In this document: one piece after another, positions 1 through 9,332 of the stretch
Layout of the letters: each line of letters begins with the position of its first letter
How positions within the stretch are numbered: position 1 is the first letter of the stretch
Assembly: GCA_045541395.1 (NCBI GenBank)
Contig: JAZQIZ010000009.1
Coordinates: forward strand, 20,302-84,301
From: Eubacteriales bacterium
GTDB lineage: Bacteria; Bacillota; Clostridia; Oscillospirales; UMGS1783
Length of the DNA stretch: 64,000 bases
Reading direction: 5' to 3'
Notes under the pieces: model-generated
Database searches by the model: none
What the model was told of the DNA's origin: nothing
What the model saw: the letters and a program-made list of their open reading frames with translations, nothing else
Position numbers and translations under genes: made by a program

Positions 1-2
1 AA

Positions 3-167
3 AAGGTTGAGCCCAAGCTCTCCCACCTTGCCGTACATAGACTTGCTGAAGCTGAAGATATTGCGAATGCCGCTCTCTTCTTAGCAAGTGACGAAGCTGC
101 TTATATTACAGGTGTAGTTCTCCCTGTAGATGGCGGCCTTAATGCTGGTTACGTTAGAAGCTTCTAA
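3..167 (+). CDS. SDR family oxidoreductase, C-terminal fragment (truncated by window edge)
   Basis: Manual translation gives ...[37 protein letters not shown], a typical SDR C-terminus. Confidence 0.85.
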   Translation, partial: KVEPKLSHLAVHRLAEAEDIANAALFLASDEAAYITGVVLPVDGGLNAGYVRSF

Positions 168-183
168 TTAAGGGGGCTTTGAA

Positions 184-1095
184 ATGGAGATCGTAAAAAA
201 AATTGATTGCGATAGAGTTAATGACTCTTTTGAAAGCATATTTGACGGTGTTCACGGTTATAAAAAGCCATACAATCATATGGTGGCAGACTTAAACGGT
301 AAGGTTGCTATTCTTACCGGTGCTGCGGGTATGATCGGTTTTGCAACTGCAAAGCTCTTTGCAAAGTCTGGCTGTACCGTTTGCATTTGGGATATTGTTC
401 CCGATGAAGTTGGCGCAGAACGTGTTGCTGAAATTGAAGCCGAAGGCGGTAAAGCTGCATATTACAATATTAATCTTGCTGATCTTGAAGCTATTAAGGC
501 AGGCGTTGAAGATGTTGCTGAAAAGTATGGTAGAATTGACTTTCTATTCGGTAACGGTGGTGTAAACGTAGGTAATAGACAGCCTGTTTATAACTTCCCC
601 GATGAAGCATTCCCCAAGAATATCGATATTAACCTTACCGGCGGTACAGTATATATCGCTCAACAGGTTATCCCTTATATGATCAAGCAGGGCGGCGGTA
701 GCATTATGTTCACCTCCTCTGTTTGCGGCGTAACCGGTTTAAGACGTCAGTGTGGTTTTGTAGCTTCTAAGTTTGCTATTGCCGCACTTACTAAGTCTAT
801 GGCTTTGGAATACGGCAAGTATGGCATTCGCGTAAACTGCCTCGCTCCCGGATCACTGCCTCTTCCCGGTGCTAAGCTTAATTTCTTATGGGATACCGTA
901 TCCTTTGACGATTACGCAGGTAACTTCGAAAATCCCGCTTCTATGGTATTCGATATTGCTGCACGTCGTCCCGCATATCCTACAGATATGGCAGGTCTTA
1001 TCCTCTACTTTGCTTCTGACGATGCATCCTATTGTACCGGTCAGGTTGTTTGTGTAGACGGTGGTTGGACTGCCGGCTGCTCTCAGGATCTTTAA
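184..1095 (+). CDS. SDR family NAD(P)-dependent oxidoreductase (atypical FxxxK active site)
   Basis: TGAAGMIG Rossmann motif, acidic residue after beta2 (WD), SS..GFVASK, IRVNCLAPG and GQVVCVDGG. Confidence 0.9.
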   Translation: MEIVKKIDCDRVNDSFESIFDGVHGYKKPYNHMVADLNGKVAILTGAAGMIGFATAKLFAKSGCTVCIWDIVPDEVGAERVAEIEAEGGKAAYYNINLADLEAIKAGVEDVAEKYGRIDFLFGNGGVNVGNRQPVYNFPDEAFPKNIDINLTGGTVYIAQQVIPYMIKQGGGSIMFTSSVCGVTGLRRQCGFVASKFAIAALTKSMALEYGKYGIRVNCLAPGSLPLPGAKLNFLWDTVSFDDYAGNFENPASMVFDIAARRPAYPTDMAGLILYFASDDASYCTGQVVCVDGGWTAGCSQDL

Positions 1096-1138
1096 TTTAT
1101 ATAATTGTCTCCTCAAATACACAATGGAGGTGTAAATA

Positions 1139-2050
1139 ATGGCTGGAGTAACAAAAATCAATTGCGATAGAGTAAATGACCCTATCTCTAAAATATACGA
1201 AGGTGTTTACGGTTATGATAAGCCCTATAACATTATGCATGCTGACCTTAAAGGCAGAGTTGCAATCTGCACAGGCGCTGCAGGTATGATCGGCTTTGCA
1301 ACCGCAAAACTCCTTGCTCAGTCCGGCGCACACGTTTGCGTATGGGATATGGTTCCCGAAGAAGTTGGTGCTGAGCGCGTTGCTGAAATTGAAAACGAAG
1401 GCGGCAGCGCATCTTACTACAATATTAACCTTACAGATAAAGAAGCTGTTAAAGCAGGTGTTGAAGACGTTATTGCTAAGCACGGCAAAATTGATATTCT
1501 TTTTGCTAACGGTGGCGGCAACTGGGGTAACAGACAGCCTGTATATAATTTCGATGAGGAAAAATTCCCCCTCAATATCGATATTAACCTTACCGGCGGT
1601 ACTGTATATCTTTCCAAGGTTGTAATCCCTTATATGATCAAGCAGGGTGGCGGCAGCATTATGTTTACCTCTTCTGTTTGCGGTGTTACAGGCCTTAGAA
1701 AGCAGTGCGGTTTCGTAGCATCTAAGTTCGCTGTAGCTGCTCTTACCAAGTCTATGGCTCTTGAATACGGCAAGTATGGCATCCGTGTTAACTGCCTTGC
1801 TCCCGGATCCCTGCCCAGACCTGATATGAAGCTCAACCATCTTTGGGATACCGTTACATTTGATGATTATGATTCTAACTTTGAGAATCCCGCTTCTATG
1901 GTATATGATATTGCGGCTCGTCGTCCTGCATTCCCTTCCGAAATGGCAGGTATTATCCTTTACTGGGCTTCTGACGATGCTTCCTACTGTACCGGTCAGG
2001 TTGTAGCTGTTGACGGCGGCTGGACTGCAGGCTTCTCAGGAGATCTTTAA
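1139..2050 (+). CDS. SDR family oxidoreductase, tandem paralogue of 184..1095
   Basis: Same length (303 aa) and motifs, with long identical stretches; GGAGG RBS upstream. Confidence 0.9.
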   Translation: MAGVTKINCDRVNDPISKIYEGVYGYDKPYNIMHADLKGRVAICTGAAGMIGFATAKLLAQSGAHVCVWDMVPEEVGAERVAEIENEGGSASYYNINLTDKEAVKAGVEDVIAKHGKIDILFANGGGNWGNRQPVYNFDEEKFPLNIDINLTGGTVYLSKVVIPYMIKQGGGSIMFTSSVCGVTGLRKQCGFVASKFAVAALTKSMALEYGKYGIRVNCLAPGSLPRPDMKLNHLWDTVTFDDYDSNFENPASMVYDIAARRPAFPSEMAGIILYWASDDASYCTGQVVAVDGGWTAGFSGDL

Positions 2051-2075
2051 TTGATCCCTAAAAGGAGGAATTTCA

Positions 2076-2897
2076 ATGGCTTTAAAAGCTGATGTTAAGG
2101 GCAGAGTAGCTCTTATTACCGGTGGTGGCGGCGGTATAGGCGGCTGCACCGGAAGACTGTTTGCTCAGAACGGTATGCGCGTTATTCTTACTGATATAGT
2201 AAGAGAAAAAGGCGAAGCTGTTGCTAAATCTATAAGAGATGAAGGCTTTGATGCTGAATTTATGTATATGGATTGTAGCAGTAAGGAGTCTATTGATGAA
2301 TGTGTTAACGCTGTAATTGAAAAGTACGGCAGAATTGATGTACTTATGAACAATGCAGGTGTTAATACAGGTCCTGATGAAAGAAAACCTGTTTATAACT
2401 ATAAACCCGAGGTGTTTAATTGGGTTGTAGATATTAACCTTCATTACGGTATGGTTTATATTACCCAGAAGGTAGTTCCCTATATGATCAAGCAGGGCGG
2501 CGGTAACGTACTTAATACTACCTCCATAGCCGGTGTTGCAGGCCTCCGCTTACAGCATGCTTTTGTATGCTCTAAGTTTGCAATGAGCGCCCTAACCAGG
2601 TCTATGGCTCTTGAATATGCTAAGTACAACATCCGCGTAAACGCTCTTGCTCCCGGCTCCACCTGGGGCCCCGGCGGTGATAAGAAGTATAACCCCGAAA
2701 CTGACGCATCTAAGCCTTTCTATGAAAGATTTACTTTAGGCGGTCAGTTTGAAAATGTTCCAATGAACCGTCCCGCCGGCTCGGAAGAAATGGCAGGTTT
2801 AATGCTGTATCTTGCTTCTGATGACGCTTCCTATTGCACCGGTCAGGTAATTGCGGTAGACGGCGGTTGGACAGCTGGTTTTAGTAAAGATTATTAA
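2076..2897 (+). CDS. SDR family oxidoreductase
   Basis: TGGGGGIG, NNAG, AFVCSK and VDGG motifs; AAGGAGG RBS. Confidence 0.9.
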   Translation: MALKADVKGRVALITGGGGGIGGCTGRLFAQNGMRVILTDIVREKGEAVAKSIRDEGFDAEFMYMDCSSKESIDECVNAVIEKYGRIDVLMNNAGVNTGPDERKPVYNYKPEVFNWVVDINLHYGMVYITQKVVPYMIKQGGGNVLNTTSIAGVAGLRLQHAFVCSKFAMSALTRSMALEYAKYNIRVNALAPGSTWGPGGDKKYNPETDASKPFYERFTLGGQFENVPMNRPAGSEEMAGLMLYLASDDASYCTGQVIAVDGGWTAGFSKDY

Positions 2898-2917
2898 TAG
2901 AATTGGAGAGAATAACT

Positions 2918-3694
2918 ATGGCTAATTTTGCACAAAAGGTAATGAATGTACAGAACCACAACGGCGAAATCTCTATTTTCTTCGTAGGCCAGGCAGGCTA
3001 TATAATTAAGACTGCTTCCGGTAAAATCATCGGTCTTGATATGTACCTTACCGACTGCGTTGAAAGACTTTGCAACTTCAAGAGAATTAATGCAAAGATT
3101 ATGGCTCCCGATGAATTGGTATTCGATTATGTTATCGTTTCCCATAACCATCCGGATCATTTTGATGTAGATGCGCTTCCTATTATTATGGGTAACCCCT
3201 ATACCAAAATGGCTACATCCGTTTGCGGCGCTGAAGAAGCTAAAAAGGCTGGTATCACCAAAAACGTTACTGTTATGGAACGTGGCAATGAATATGATAT
3301 GGGCGATTTTAAGATCCGTGCCGTATATTGTGATCACGGTGAATTAGCTCCTTACGCTCTCGGCCTTATCATTGAGGTTGACGGCTTCAAGATCTACTAT
3401 GCAGGCGACACCGCATACAGACCTGAAGAGGTTAAGGCTTTCGCTGAAGAAAATATTGACGTTATGATCGCTCCTATCAACGGTGCTTACGGTAACCTCA
3501 ATGGCGAGCAGTGCGCTCTCTATTCTCAGCTTATTCAGCCTAAGCTTACAATGCCCTGCCATTTCTGGACTTTCATCGAACACGAAACTCCCGGCGGCGG
3601 CCCCTCTGATTTCAAGGCTGCTATGGAAAGAATCTGCCCCGAAAACAAATATGCTTTCTTAACTCAGGGCGAATATATTAAAATTACTAAGTAA
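2918..3694 (+). CDS. MBL-fold metallo-hydrolase (UlaG-like lactonase family)
   Basis: SHNHPDH (HxHxDH), GQAG, AGDT and PCHFWTF motifs; ATG at 2918 follows GGAG. Confidence 0.8.
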   Translation: MANFAQKVMNVQNHNGEISIFFVGQAGYIIKTASGKIIGLDMYLTDCVERLCNFKRINAKIMAPDELVFDYVIVSHNHPDHFDVDALPIIMGNPYTKMATSVCGAEEAKKAGITKNVTVMERGNEYDMGDFKIRAVYCDHGELAPYALGLIIEVDGFKIYYAGDTAYRPEEVKAFAEENIDVMIAPINGAYGNLNGEQCALYSQLIQPKLTMPCHFWTFIEHETPGGGPSDFKAAMERICPENKYAFLTQGEYIKITK

Positions 3695-3701
3695 TTAAAT
3701 T

Positions 3702-3732
3702 AAAAACGGTAGCATAAGCTACCGTTTTTTTT
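3702..3732 (+). terminator. Intrinsic terminator
   Basis: aaaaacggtagc-ataa-gctaccgtttttttt. Confidence 0.85.
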
Positions 3733-3829
3733 AAAATTATCTCATCCAAAATAAACCAATTAAATTTATTACCGTTTTGTCATAATTTCTATTATTTATT
3801 AAAAACAAGGCATTTTTTCCATAACCGCA

Positions 3830-3858
3830 TTGACATCGCCCCCTAATTATGGTATATT
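3830..3858 (+). promoter_or_regulatory. SigA-type promoter
   Basis: TTGACA-17 nt-TATATT with an extended TG. Confidence 0.6.
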
Positions 3859-3942
3859 TAAAACAGGAGATAAAAGAAGGTACAGTCCAATGGTTAATTT
3901 TATATCCGTTCATAGGTTTTTAAATAATGATAGGTGTTAAAG

Positions 3943-4914
3943 ATGAAATTATACAGATTTACAGCAGTTTTATGTTTATTGTTAATTATGTGCTCTTGCG
4001 CGCAGGGAACTACGCAGAATAAAGATGATATGACTCCTCCTTCTAAAGAGGGTGTATCTGTTCAGGAATCAGTATTTGAAAGCACACAGGAAAGTGCTGA
4101 GCCGGAATCAGATATTCCTGATGTAGTTTTAAAGAATTATGACGAGGAATGGAGCAATTTAAAGGAAGCGGCAGGTATTCCTTGTGAGATTTTAACCAAA
4201 GGCGATTCGGATTCTAAATATGAAGACGGTGAGTCTTCGGAAAAGCTGTATGTGGATTGCAAGACTTTAGTGGATAATGAAACTGCTTTAAGTGAATTAT
4301 TAACAAAGCACCGTAAACTAACTGCCGAAGAAACTTACCTTATTTTAAACAAGGCAACATATACTTATGGCCCTGATATGATGGGTTATATAATTCACAC
4401 AGCAATTAATTTTACTGTGCCGGCAGTTGGCCAGGAGATTGCATTTATAAGAACAACGAATAATTTTATAAATTCAGACAGCCGTTGGAGTTTAAACGGT
4501 ACAAGATGCTATACCGTATTTGAATCGGAATTAGGCGGGTATGTATATATTTTCTTTGACTGGTATCCTGAAGATACTGGGTTGAACACAAAGCTACGCA
4601 GGGTGTTTTATTGTAACGGAGAATATACCACTGACGACATTTCAACCGTTAAGGGCAGTATTAATAAATTTGTTGAGTTGTATCCCGAATTTAAAGCTTT
4701 AGAGAAAATGGATGAGGATGGTATTGTTGTAAATATAAATATTCTTTTAAAGGATGGGGCGTTTATAGCAGGTACCTACAAAGGCGCAAAGGGTGAATTT
4801 ATGTCCGACTTCCTTTTTGAAGGAAATACTGTTCCTCCTGAGAATAACAGCGATAACGAAGCAGATATATTGGATATCACAATACTGCCGCAGGACTACC
4901 CGTCCGCAAACTAA
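3943..4914 (+). CDS. Hypothetical lipoprotein
   Basis: Signal peptide MKLYRFTAVLCLLLIMCSC with lipobox-like Cys, then an acidic linker; no family recognised. Confidence 0.7.
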   Translation: MKLYRFTAVLCLLLIMCSCAQGTTQNKDDMTPPSKEGVSVQESVFESTQESAEPESDIPDVVLKNYDEEWSNLKEAAGIPCEILTKGDSDSKYEDGESSEKLYVDCKTLVDNETALSELLTKHRKLTAEETYLILNKATYTYGPDMMGYIIHTAINFTVPAVGQEIAFIRTTNNFINSDSRWSLNGTRCYTVFESELGGYVYIFFDWYPEDTGLNTKLRRVFYCNGEYTTDDISTVKGSINKFVELYPEFKALEKMDEDGIVVNINILLKDGAFIAGTYKGAKGEFMSDFLFEGNTVPPENNSDNEADILDITILPQDYPSAN

Positions 4915-4920
4915 AAAAAG

Positions 4921-4945
4921 AAAGCCCCGATTGTTCGGGGCTTTT
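4921..4945. terminator. Bidirectional terminator between convergent genes
   Basis: aaagccccga-ttgt-tcggggctttt flanked by A/T tracts. Confidence 0.8.
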
Positions 4946-4949
4946 AATT

Positions 4950-5453
4950 TTACCATTTTTCGTTGTGAACTCTTTCTTCCTTGTAACGTTCGGGTGTTTC
5001 AGGGTTAGGTTTGCCCGGTCTGCCCATAGGAATGGCGGAGTAGGGGAGTATTCCCTCGGGAATATTCAGAATTTTTCTGAACGCCTCAATTCTGTCCTCG
5101 TTGGGGTAAACACCGCACCAGCAAGCGCCATAGCCTAAGGCCTTTGCTGCATAAAGAATGTTCATTGTTGTTGCAGAGGCATCAGAATAACACTGGCCTA
5201 AAGGAGTAATTTCAGGGTCAACACAAACTATAATAACCGCAGGAGCAAATTTGGCCATGCTCATGTAAGGGTGATTCTCTGCTAAAGCAACCCTTGTTGC
5301 TTCGTCTGTAACCACAACGTAGTGCCAGGGTTGGCCGTTTTTAGAGGAAGGAGCCTGCATAGCAGTATTAAGTATCTGCTTCATATCCTCTTTGTTAACA
5401 GGTTCGTCGGTAAAACGACGCATACTTCTTCTTGTATTAAGAAATTCTAACAT
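4950..5453 (-). CDS. Nitroreductase family protein
   Basis: RRSMRRF, APSSKNGQPW and GYGACW motifs. Confidence 0.9.
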   Translation of the reverse strand: MLEFLNTRRSMRRFTDEPVNKEDMKQILNTAMQAPSSKNGQPWHYVVVTDEATRVALAENHPYMSMAKFAPAVIIVCVDPEITPLGQCYSDASATTMNILYAAKALGYGACWCGVYPNEDRIEAFRKILNIPEGILPYSAIPMGRPGKPNPETPERYKEERVHNEKW

Positions 5454-5462
5454 TTTATCACC

Positions 5463-7109
5463 TTATTCAACTGAAATAACATAGTAGTAAACAGGCTGAC
5501 CGCCACTAACAACGTTAATATCAGCGCCACTAAGCTTGTTTGCTATAATTGTCTTAACCTCTTCTGCTTCTGTTTCGTTGGCATCACAGCCGTAGAATAC
5601 GTTAACGTATGCTTCATCACCGCCAATTGCCTTATTAACAATAGCAGTAACACATTCATTAAGGCTCTGAGCAACAGTATCTACCTTGCCTTCGATCATA
5701 CCTAAATACTGGCCCTTTTCAATATGAAGACCGTCAAACTCAGAATCTCTTGCGGCATAGGTAACAGATAAAGTCTTAACCATGGAGCAAGCTTCGGTAA
5801 GTGCGGCTTCATTGGTTTCTTCGTCTGCATCAGGATCAAATGAAAGCATTGCGGTTATGCCCTGAGGGACTGTCTTGGTGGGAATAACAATAACCTTCTT
5901 TTCTGTAAGATCAACACACTGCTGAGCAGCCATTATAATATTCTTATTGTTGGGCAGAACAAATACAACCTCGGAAGGTGTTCTGTTGATTGCCTTTAAA
6001 ATATTATCGGTGCTGGGGTTCATTGTCTGACCGCCTTCGATAATATTGTCAACACAAAGATCGTTAAATACTGCCGCAAAGCCTTCGCCTGCTGCAACTG
6101 CAACAAATCCGTATTTGTTTTTTGCAGGAGCAATAATTTCTTCTTCGGTAACTTTCTGCTCAGAAGCAGCCTGTACCATATCCTCAGAAAGGGCTGTGTG
6201 CTGTTCCTTCATATTTTCGATCTTAATTTTGCTTAAGGAACCAAGCTTAACTGCAGCCTCCAGTGCAAGACCGGGGTTATTGGTGTGAACGTGGGTCTTA
6301 ACAAAATCGCCTGCGTCAACCACAACAACACAGTCACCAATAGTGTGGAGGTAAGAACGGAAATCATCAGCTTCTGTGCTAACGTCAGCCTTGTCAATAA
6401 TAAACTCGGTGCAGTATGCGAAGTTAATAGACTCTGTGTCAAATTGCTCAAAATCGGCCTTAGGAGCGGTTTCTTCTTGGTCGGTGGCTTCTATTAACTT
6501 GCCGGTCTTTAAAACTTCGTACATGCCCTCAAATGCAACCATAAAGCCCTGGCCACCGGCATCAACAACTCCGGCCTGCTTAAGAACAGGAAGTATCTCG
6601 GGAGTTTTATCAAGAGCTTTCTGTCCGTTCTTCATAAGGGCGTCAAAAACGTAATTCAACTCATTATCTTTTTCAGCAGCGGCTATTGCAGCCTGTGCTG
6701 CCAGACGTGATACTGTAAGGATAGTACCTTCGGTAGGTTTCATAACAGCTTTATATGCGGCTTCTACACCTAAGTTACAAGCGTGTGCAAAACTAACTGC
6801 ATCTGCTTCTTTCATGCCCTTAAAGCCTTTGGAAATGCCTCTGAATAACAGAGAAAGAATAACACCTGAGTTGCCGCGTGCGCCTCTGATAAGAGCATTC
6901 GCAACGCCTGCGGAAATAGCATCAAGAGATTCCTCCTTGGAGGATGCAAGATAAGTCTTAGCAGCCGCCATTGTAAGAGACATATTTGTACCTGTATCTC
7001 CGTCGGGAACAGGGAAAACGTTTAAATCATTTAACTGTTGTTTTTTATTGTTCAGGTTATTTGCAGCGGATATTACCATATCGCGCCACAGCTGTGCTGT
7101 AATATTCAC
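5463..7109 (-). CDS. fakA: DAK2-domain protein / fatty acid kinase catalytic subunit (YloV/FakA)
   Basis: LNVFPVPDGDTGTNM, GARGNSGVILS and GGQTMNPST motifs; lies downstream of an Asp23 gene. Confidence 0.9.
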   Translation of the reverse strand: MNITAQLWRDMVISAANNLNNKKQQLNDLNVFPVPDGDTGTNMSLTMAAAKTYLASSKEESLDAISAGVANALIRGARGNSGVILSLLFRGISKGFKGMKEADAVSFAHACNLGVEAAYKAVMKPTEGTILTVSRLAAQAAIAAAEKDNELNYVFDALMKNGQKALDKTPEILPVLKQAGVVDAGGQGFMVAFEGMYEVLKTGKLIEATDQEETAPKADFEQFDTESINFAYCTEFIIDKADVSTEADDFRSYLHTIGDCVVVVDAGDFVKTHVHTNNPGLALEAAVKLGSLSKIKIENMKEQHTALSEDMVQAASEQKVTEEEIIAPAKNKYGFVAVAAGEGFAAVFNDLCVDNIIEGGQTMNPSTDNILKAINRTPSEVVFVLPNNKNIIMAAQQCVDLTEKKVIVIPTKTVPQGITAMLSFDPDADEETNEAALTEACSMVKTLSVTYAARDSEFDGLHIEKGQYLGMIEGKVDTVAQSLNECVTAIVNKAIGGDEAYVNVFYGCDANETEAEEVKTIIANKLSGADINVVSGGQPVYYYVISVE

Positions 7110-7130
7110 TTTGGCTAATCTTCCTTTCGG

Positions 7131-7481
7131 TTACATCTTTAATGATTCAACGATGATGCTCACCTTTGAAACCTTGGCGCCTGTGAGTTCTTCAACGCTG
7201 TGACAAACACTGTTTCTTATACTGTCTGAAATGGCAGGAATATTAACTCCAAATGTCATAATTATATGAAGTGTAATATCAATGGTCTTGTTATCATTAC
7301 ATTTGATGTCAATACCGCGCTCCATGTTCTCCCATTTTAATAGAGAAGCAAAGCTATCGGCTGCGGTTCTTGCCGCCATACCAACGACACCGAAACAAGA
7401 AGTAGCAACTCCGCCAACTATACGTGCTATAACTGCATCAGATATTGCGATTATACCGTACTTATTCTTTAATTTAAGCAT
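7131..7481 (-). CDS. Asp23/Gls24 family protein (YloU-like)
   Basis: G.IAISDAVIA..VGG.ATSCFGVVGMA; conserved synteny with DAK2; ATG at 7481 follows GGAG. Confidence 0.85.
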   Translation of the reverse strand: MLKLKNKYGIIAISDAVIARIVGGVATSCFGVVGMAARTAADSFASLLKWENMERGIDIKCNDNKTIDITLHIIMTFGVNIPAISDSIRNSVCHSVEELTGAKVSKVSIIVESLKM

Positions 7482-7773
7482 ACTGTGCTCCATTTCTGCT
7501 GCTGCATCAGCTAAGTTGTATTGTTATATGTCTACAAAAAGTGCAGTTGAGGCAGACGTTTAATTTTGCGCATAACAATCTAAAATATAGTATAAACTAA
7601 AACTTCAAATTTTTCAATCATTTTTTCTTTTGTTCTTAAGCCGCAATAAGAATATTTAATAAAATTTTAATGTTTGACTCATAATTTTGATAAAATTATA
7701 CAATTATAATCAATTTTAATTAAAAATTACATATTAAGCCAATGAAAACATAAAAAAGTACAAAAACAACAAT

Positions 7774-7800
7774 AAAAGAGGCTGTTTAATAACAGCCTCT
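7774..7800 (-). terminator. Intrinsic terminator of MATE gene
   Basis: agaggctgtt-taat-aacagcctct with an A-tract on +. Confidence 0.7.
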
Positions 7801-7803
7801 AAG

Positions 7804-9174
7804 TTATAACGTAATTTTAACTTTGGAACGCTTTCGGTAAGCTATTATCCAAAGAGTGGTTTGCGCTATAAAGGTTATTCCCCAGGAAATACCGTAAACC
7901 AAGAATAAGCATTGATGAGTATGAAATTGAGGTAACCGGAAAATCGTGTTGACCCAAAGTATTCTGAACCCGCAAACGCCTAAAATAGATATTATCATAG
8001 GTAAGAATGAAATACCCATACCCCTTAATCCACCGGCAGAAACGTCCATTAGTCCGCAAATAAAGTAGGTGGAGCATATTACCCCTAACTTCTCAATACC
8101 TATAGTAATTGCTTCAGGGGAGTCGGGCAAATATACCTTTAGCCAGTAAGGACTTACAAGATAAATAATTCCCGATAAAACTATACAGCCAACAAACACA
8201 CAAAGCATACAGCGTATGAATACCTGTTTAACACGCTTATAGTTATTTGCACCAACGTTTTGCCCTGTAAAATTTAAGGCTGCCTGATGCATTGCACCAA
8301 CAATACAGGACATAAAACTTTCAATATTGGTAGAGGCGGTGGAGGCCGACATAAACGTACTGCCAAAGGAATTGATAGCACCTTGAATAACAACGTTGCC
8401 AATAGCAAATAAGCATGACTGTATACCCGCGGGCATACCAATTTTAAATATTTTTAAAAATGGCACCCAATGAATACAGAGCTTTGATAATTTGAGTTTG
8501 CAAGCATCTTTCCTTTTCATTAATGCTACAACTACAAGAATGGCAGAAACACCTTGAGAAATGGTCGTTGCCCAGGCAACACCGTCTGCGTCCATGTCAA
8601 ACTCTCGTATAAACAGTAAGTTCAAGCCAACGTTAATAACACCTGCTATTGCCAGGAAAATAAGCGGTGACTTGGTATCGCCCGCCGCACGTAAAATAGA
8701 AGCGCAGAAATTATACAGCATAATAAAGATGGTGCCTAAAAAGTATATTTTCATATACTTAATAGAGTAGGGAAGTACCTCAGCAGGCGTGTCGATCATA
8801 GAAAGAAAACTTTCGCTGAAAATTAGTCCTACTGCCGTAATAACAGCGCCGCAAATAATTGCAATAGGAATAGAAGTATGTACCGACTTGTGAATAGCAT
8901 CTTCGTCCTTGGCGCCAAGTGCCTGTGCAACTGTTACGCCGGCACCAACCGAAAGCCCCATAAAGAAGTTTACAATAAGTGCGATTATAGGGCCGGTGTT
9001 TCCCACACCGGCAATGGCAACGTCTTCACAGTATTGGCCTACTATCATAAGGTCCGCCGCATTAAAAGCAAGCTGCAAAAGGCTTGTAAGCATAACGGGA
9101 ATAGCATACAGAATAATATTCTTAAGTAACGGACCCTCCAACATATCCGGAGTTCGTTTCTTAGTTTTCTGCAA
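7804..9174 (-). CDS. MATE family efflux transporter
   Basis: LLQLAFNAAD, ILRAAGDTKSPL, about 12 TM helices. Confidence 0.9.
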   Translation of the reverse strand: MQKTKKRTPDMLEGPLLKNIILYAIPVMLTSLLQLAFNAADLMIVGQYCEDVAIAGVGNTGPIIALIVNFFMGLSVGAGVTVAQALGAKDEDAIHKSVHTSIPIAIICGAVITAVGLIFSESFLSMIDTPAEVLPYSIKYMKIYFLGTIFIMLYNFCASILRAAGDTKSPLIFLAIAGVINVGLNLLFIREFDMDADGVAWATTISQGVSAILVVVALMKRKDACKLKLSKLCIHWVPFLKIFKIGMPAGIQSCLFAIGNVVIQGAINSFGSTFMSASTASTNIESFMSCIVGAMHQAALNFTGQNVGANNYKRVKQVFIRCMLCVFVGCIVLSGIIYLVSPYWLKVYLPDSPEAITIGIEKLGVICSTYFICGLMDVSAGGLRGMGISFLPMIISILGVCGFRILWVNTIFRLPQFHTHQCLFLVYGISWGITFIAQTTLWIIAYRKRSKVKITL

Positions 9175-9285
9175 GATAACTCATCTGCCTTTCAAGTATT
9201 AAAGATACACAAATAATATCACCTTCAAAATAAAACTACAAGTCACAAAATCGGCCTTTTATATCCAAAAACCTAACGTATGGGT

Positions 9286-9323
9286 AAAAAAAAAGGTGTT
9301 TACTTGCGTAAACGCCTTTTTTT
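9286..9323 (-). terminator. Intrinsic terminator
   Basis: aaaaggtgtttac-ttgc-gtaaacgcctttt. Confidence 0.75.
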
Positions 9324-9332
9324 GTGAATTTA

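Noticed and set aside
1097..1840. Long antisense ORFs (also 20882..21856, 28160..28822, 16626..17222 and others)
   Set aside because: Shadows of well-supported genes on the opposite strand with no recognisable motifs.
7494..7770. Expected divergent rpmB or a leader RNA upstream of Asp23-DAK2
   Set aside because: No L28-like ORF or recognisable riboswitch; the region is an AT-rich promoter spacer.
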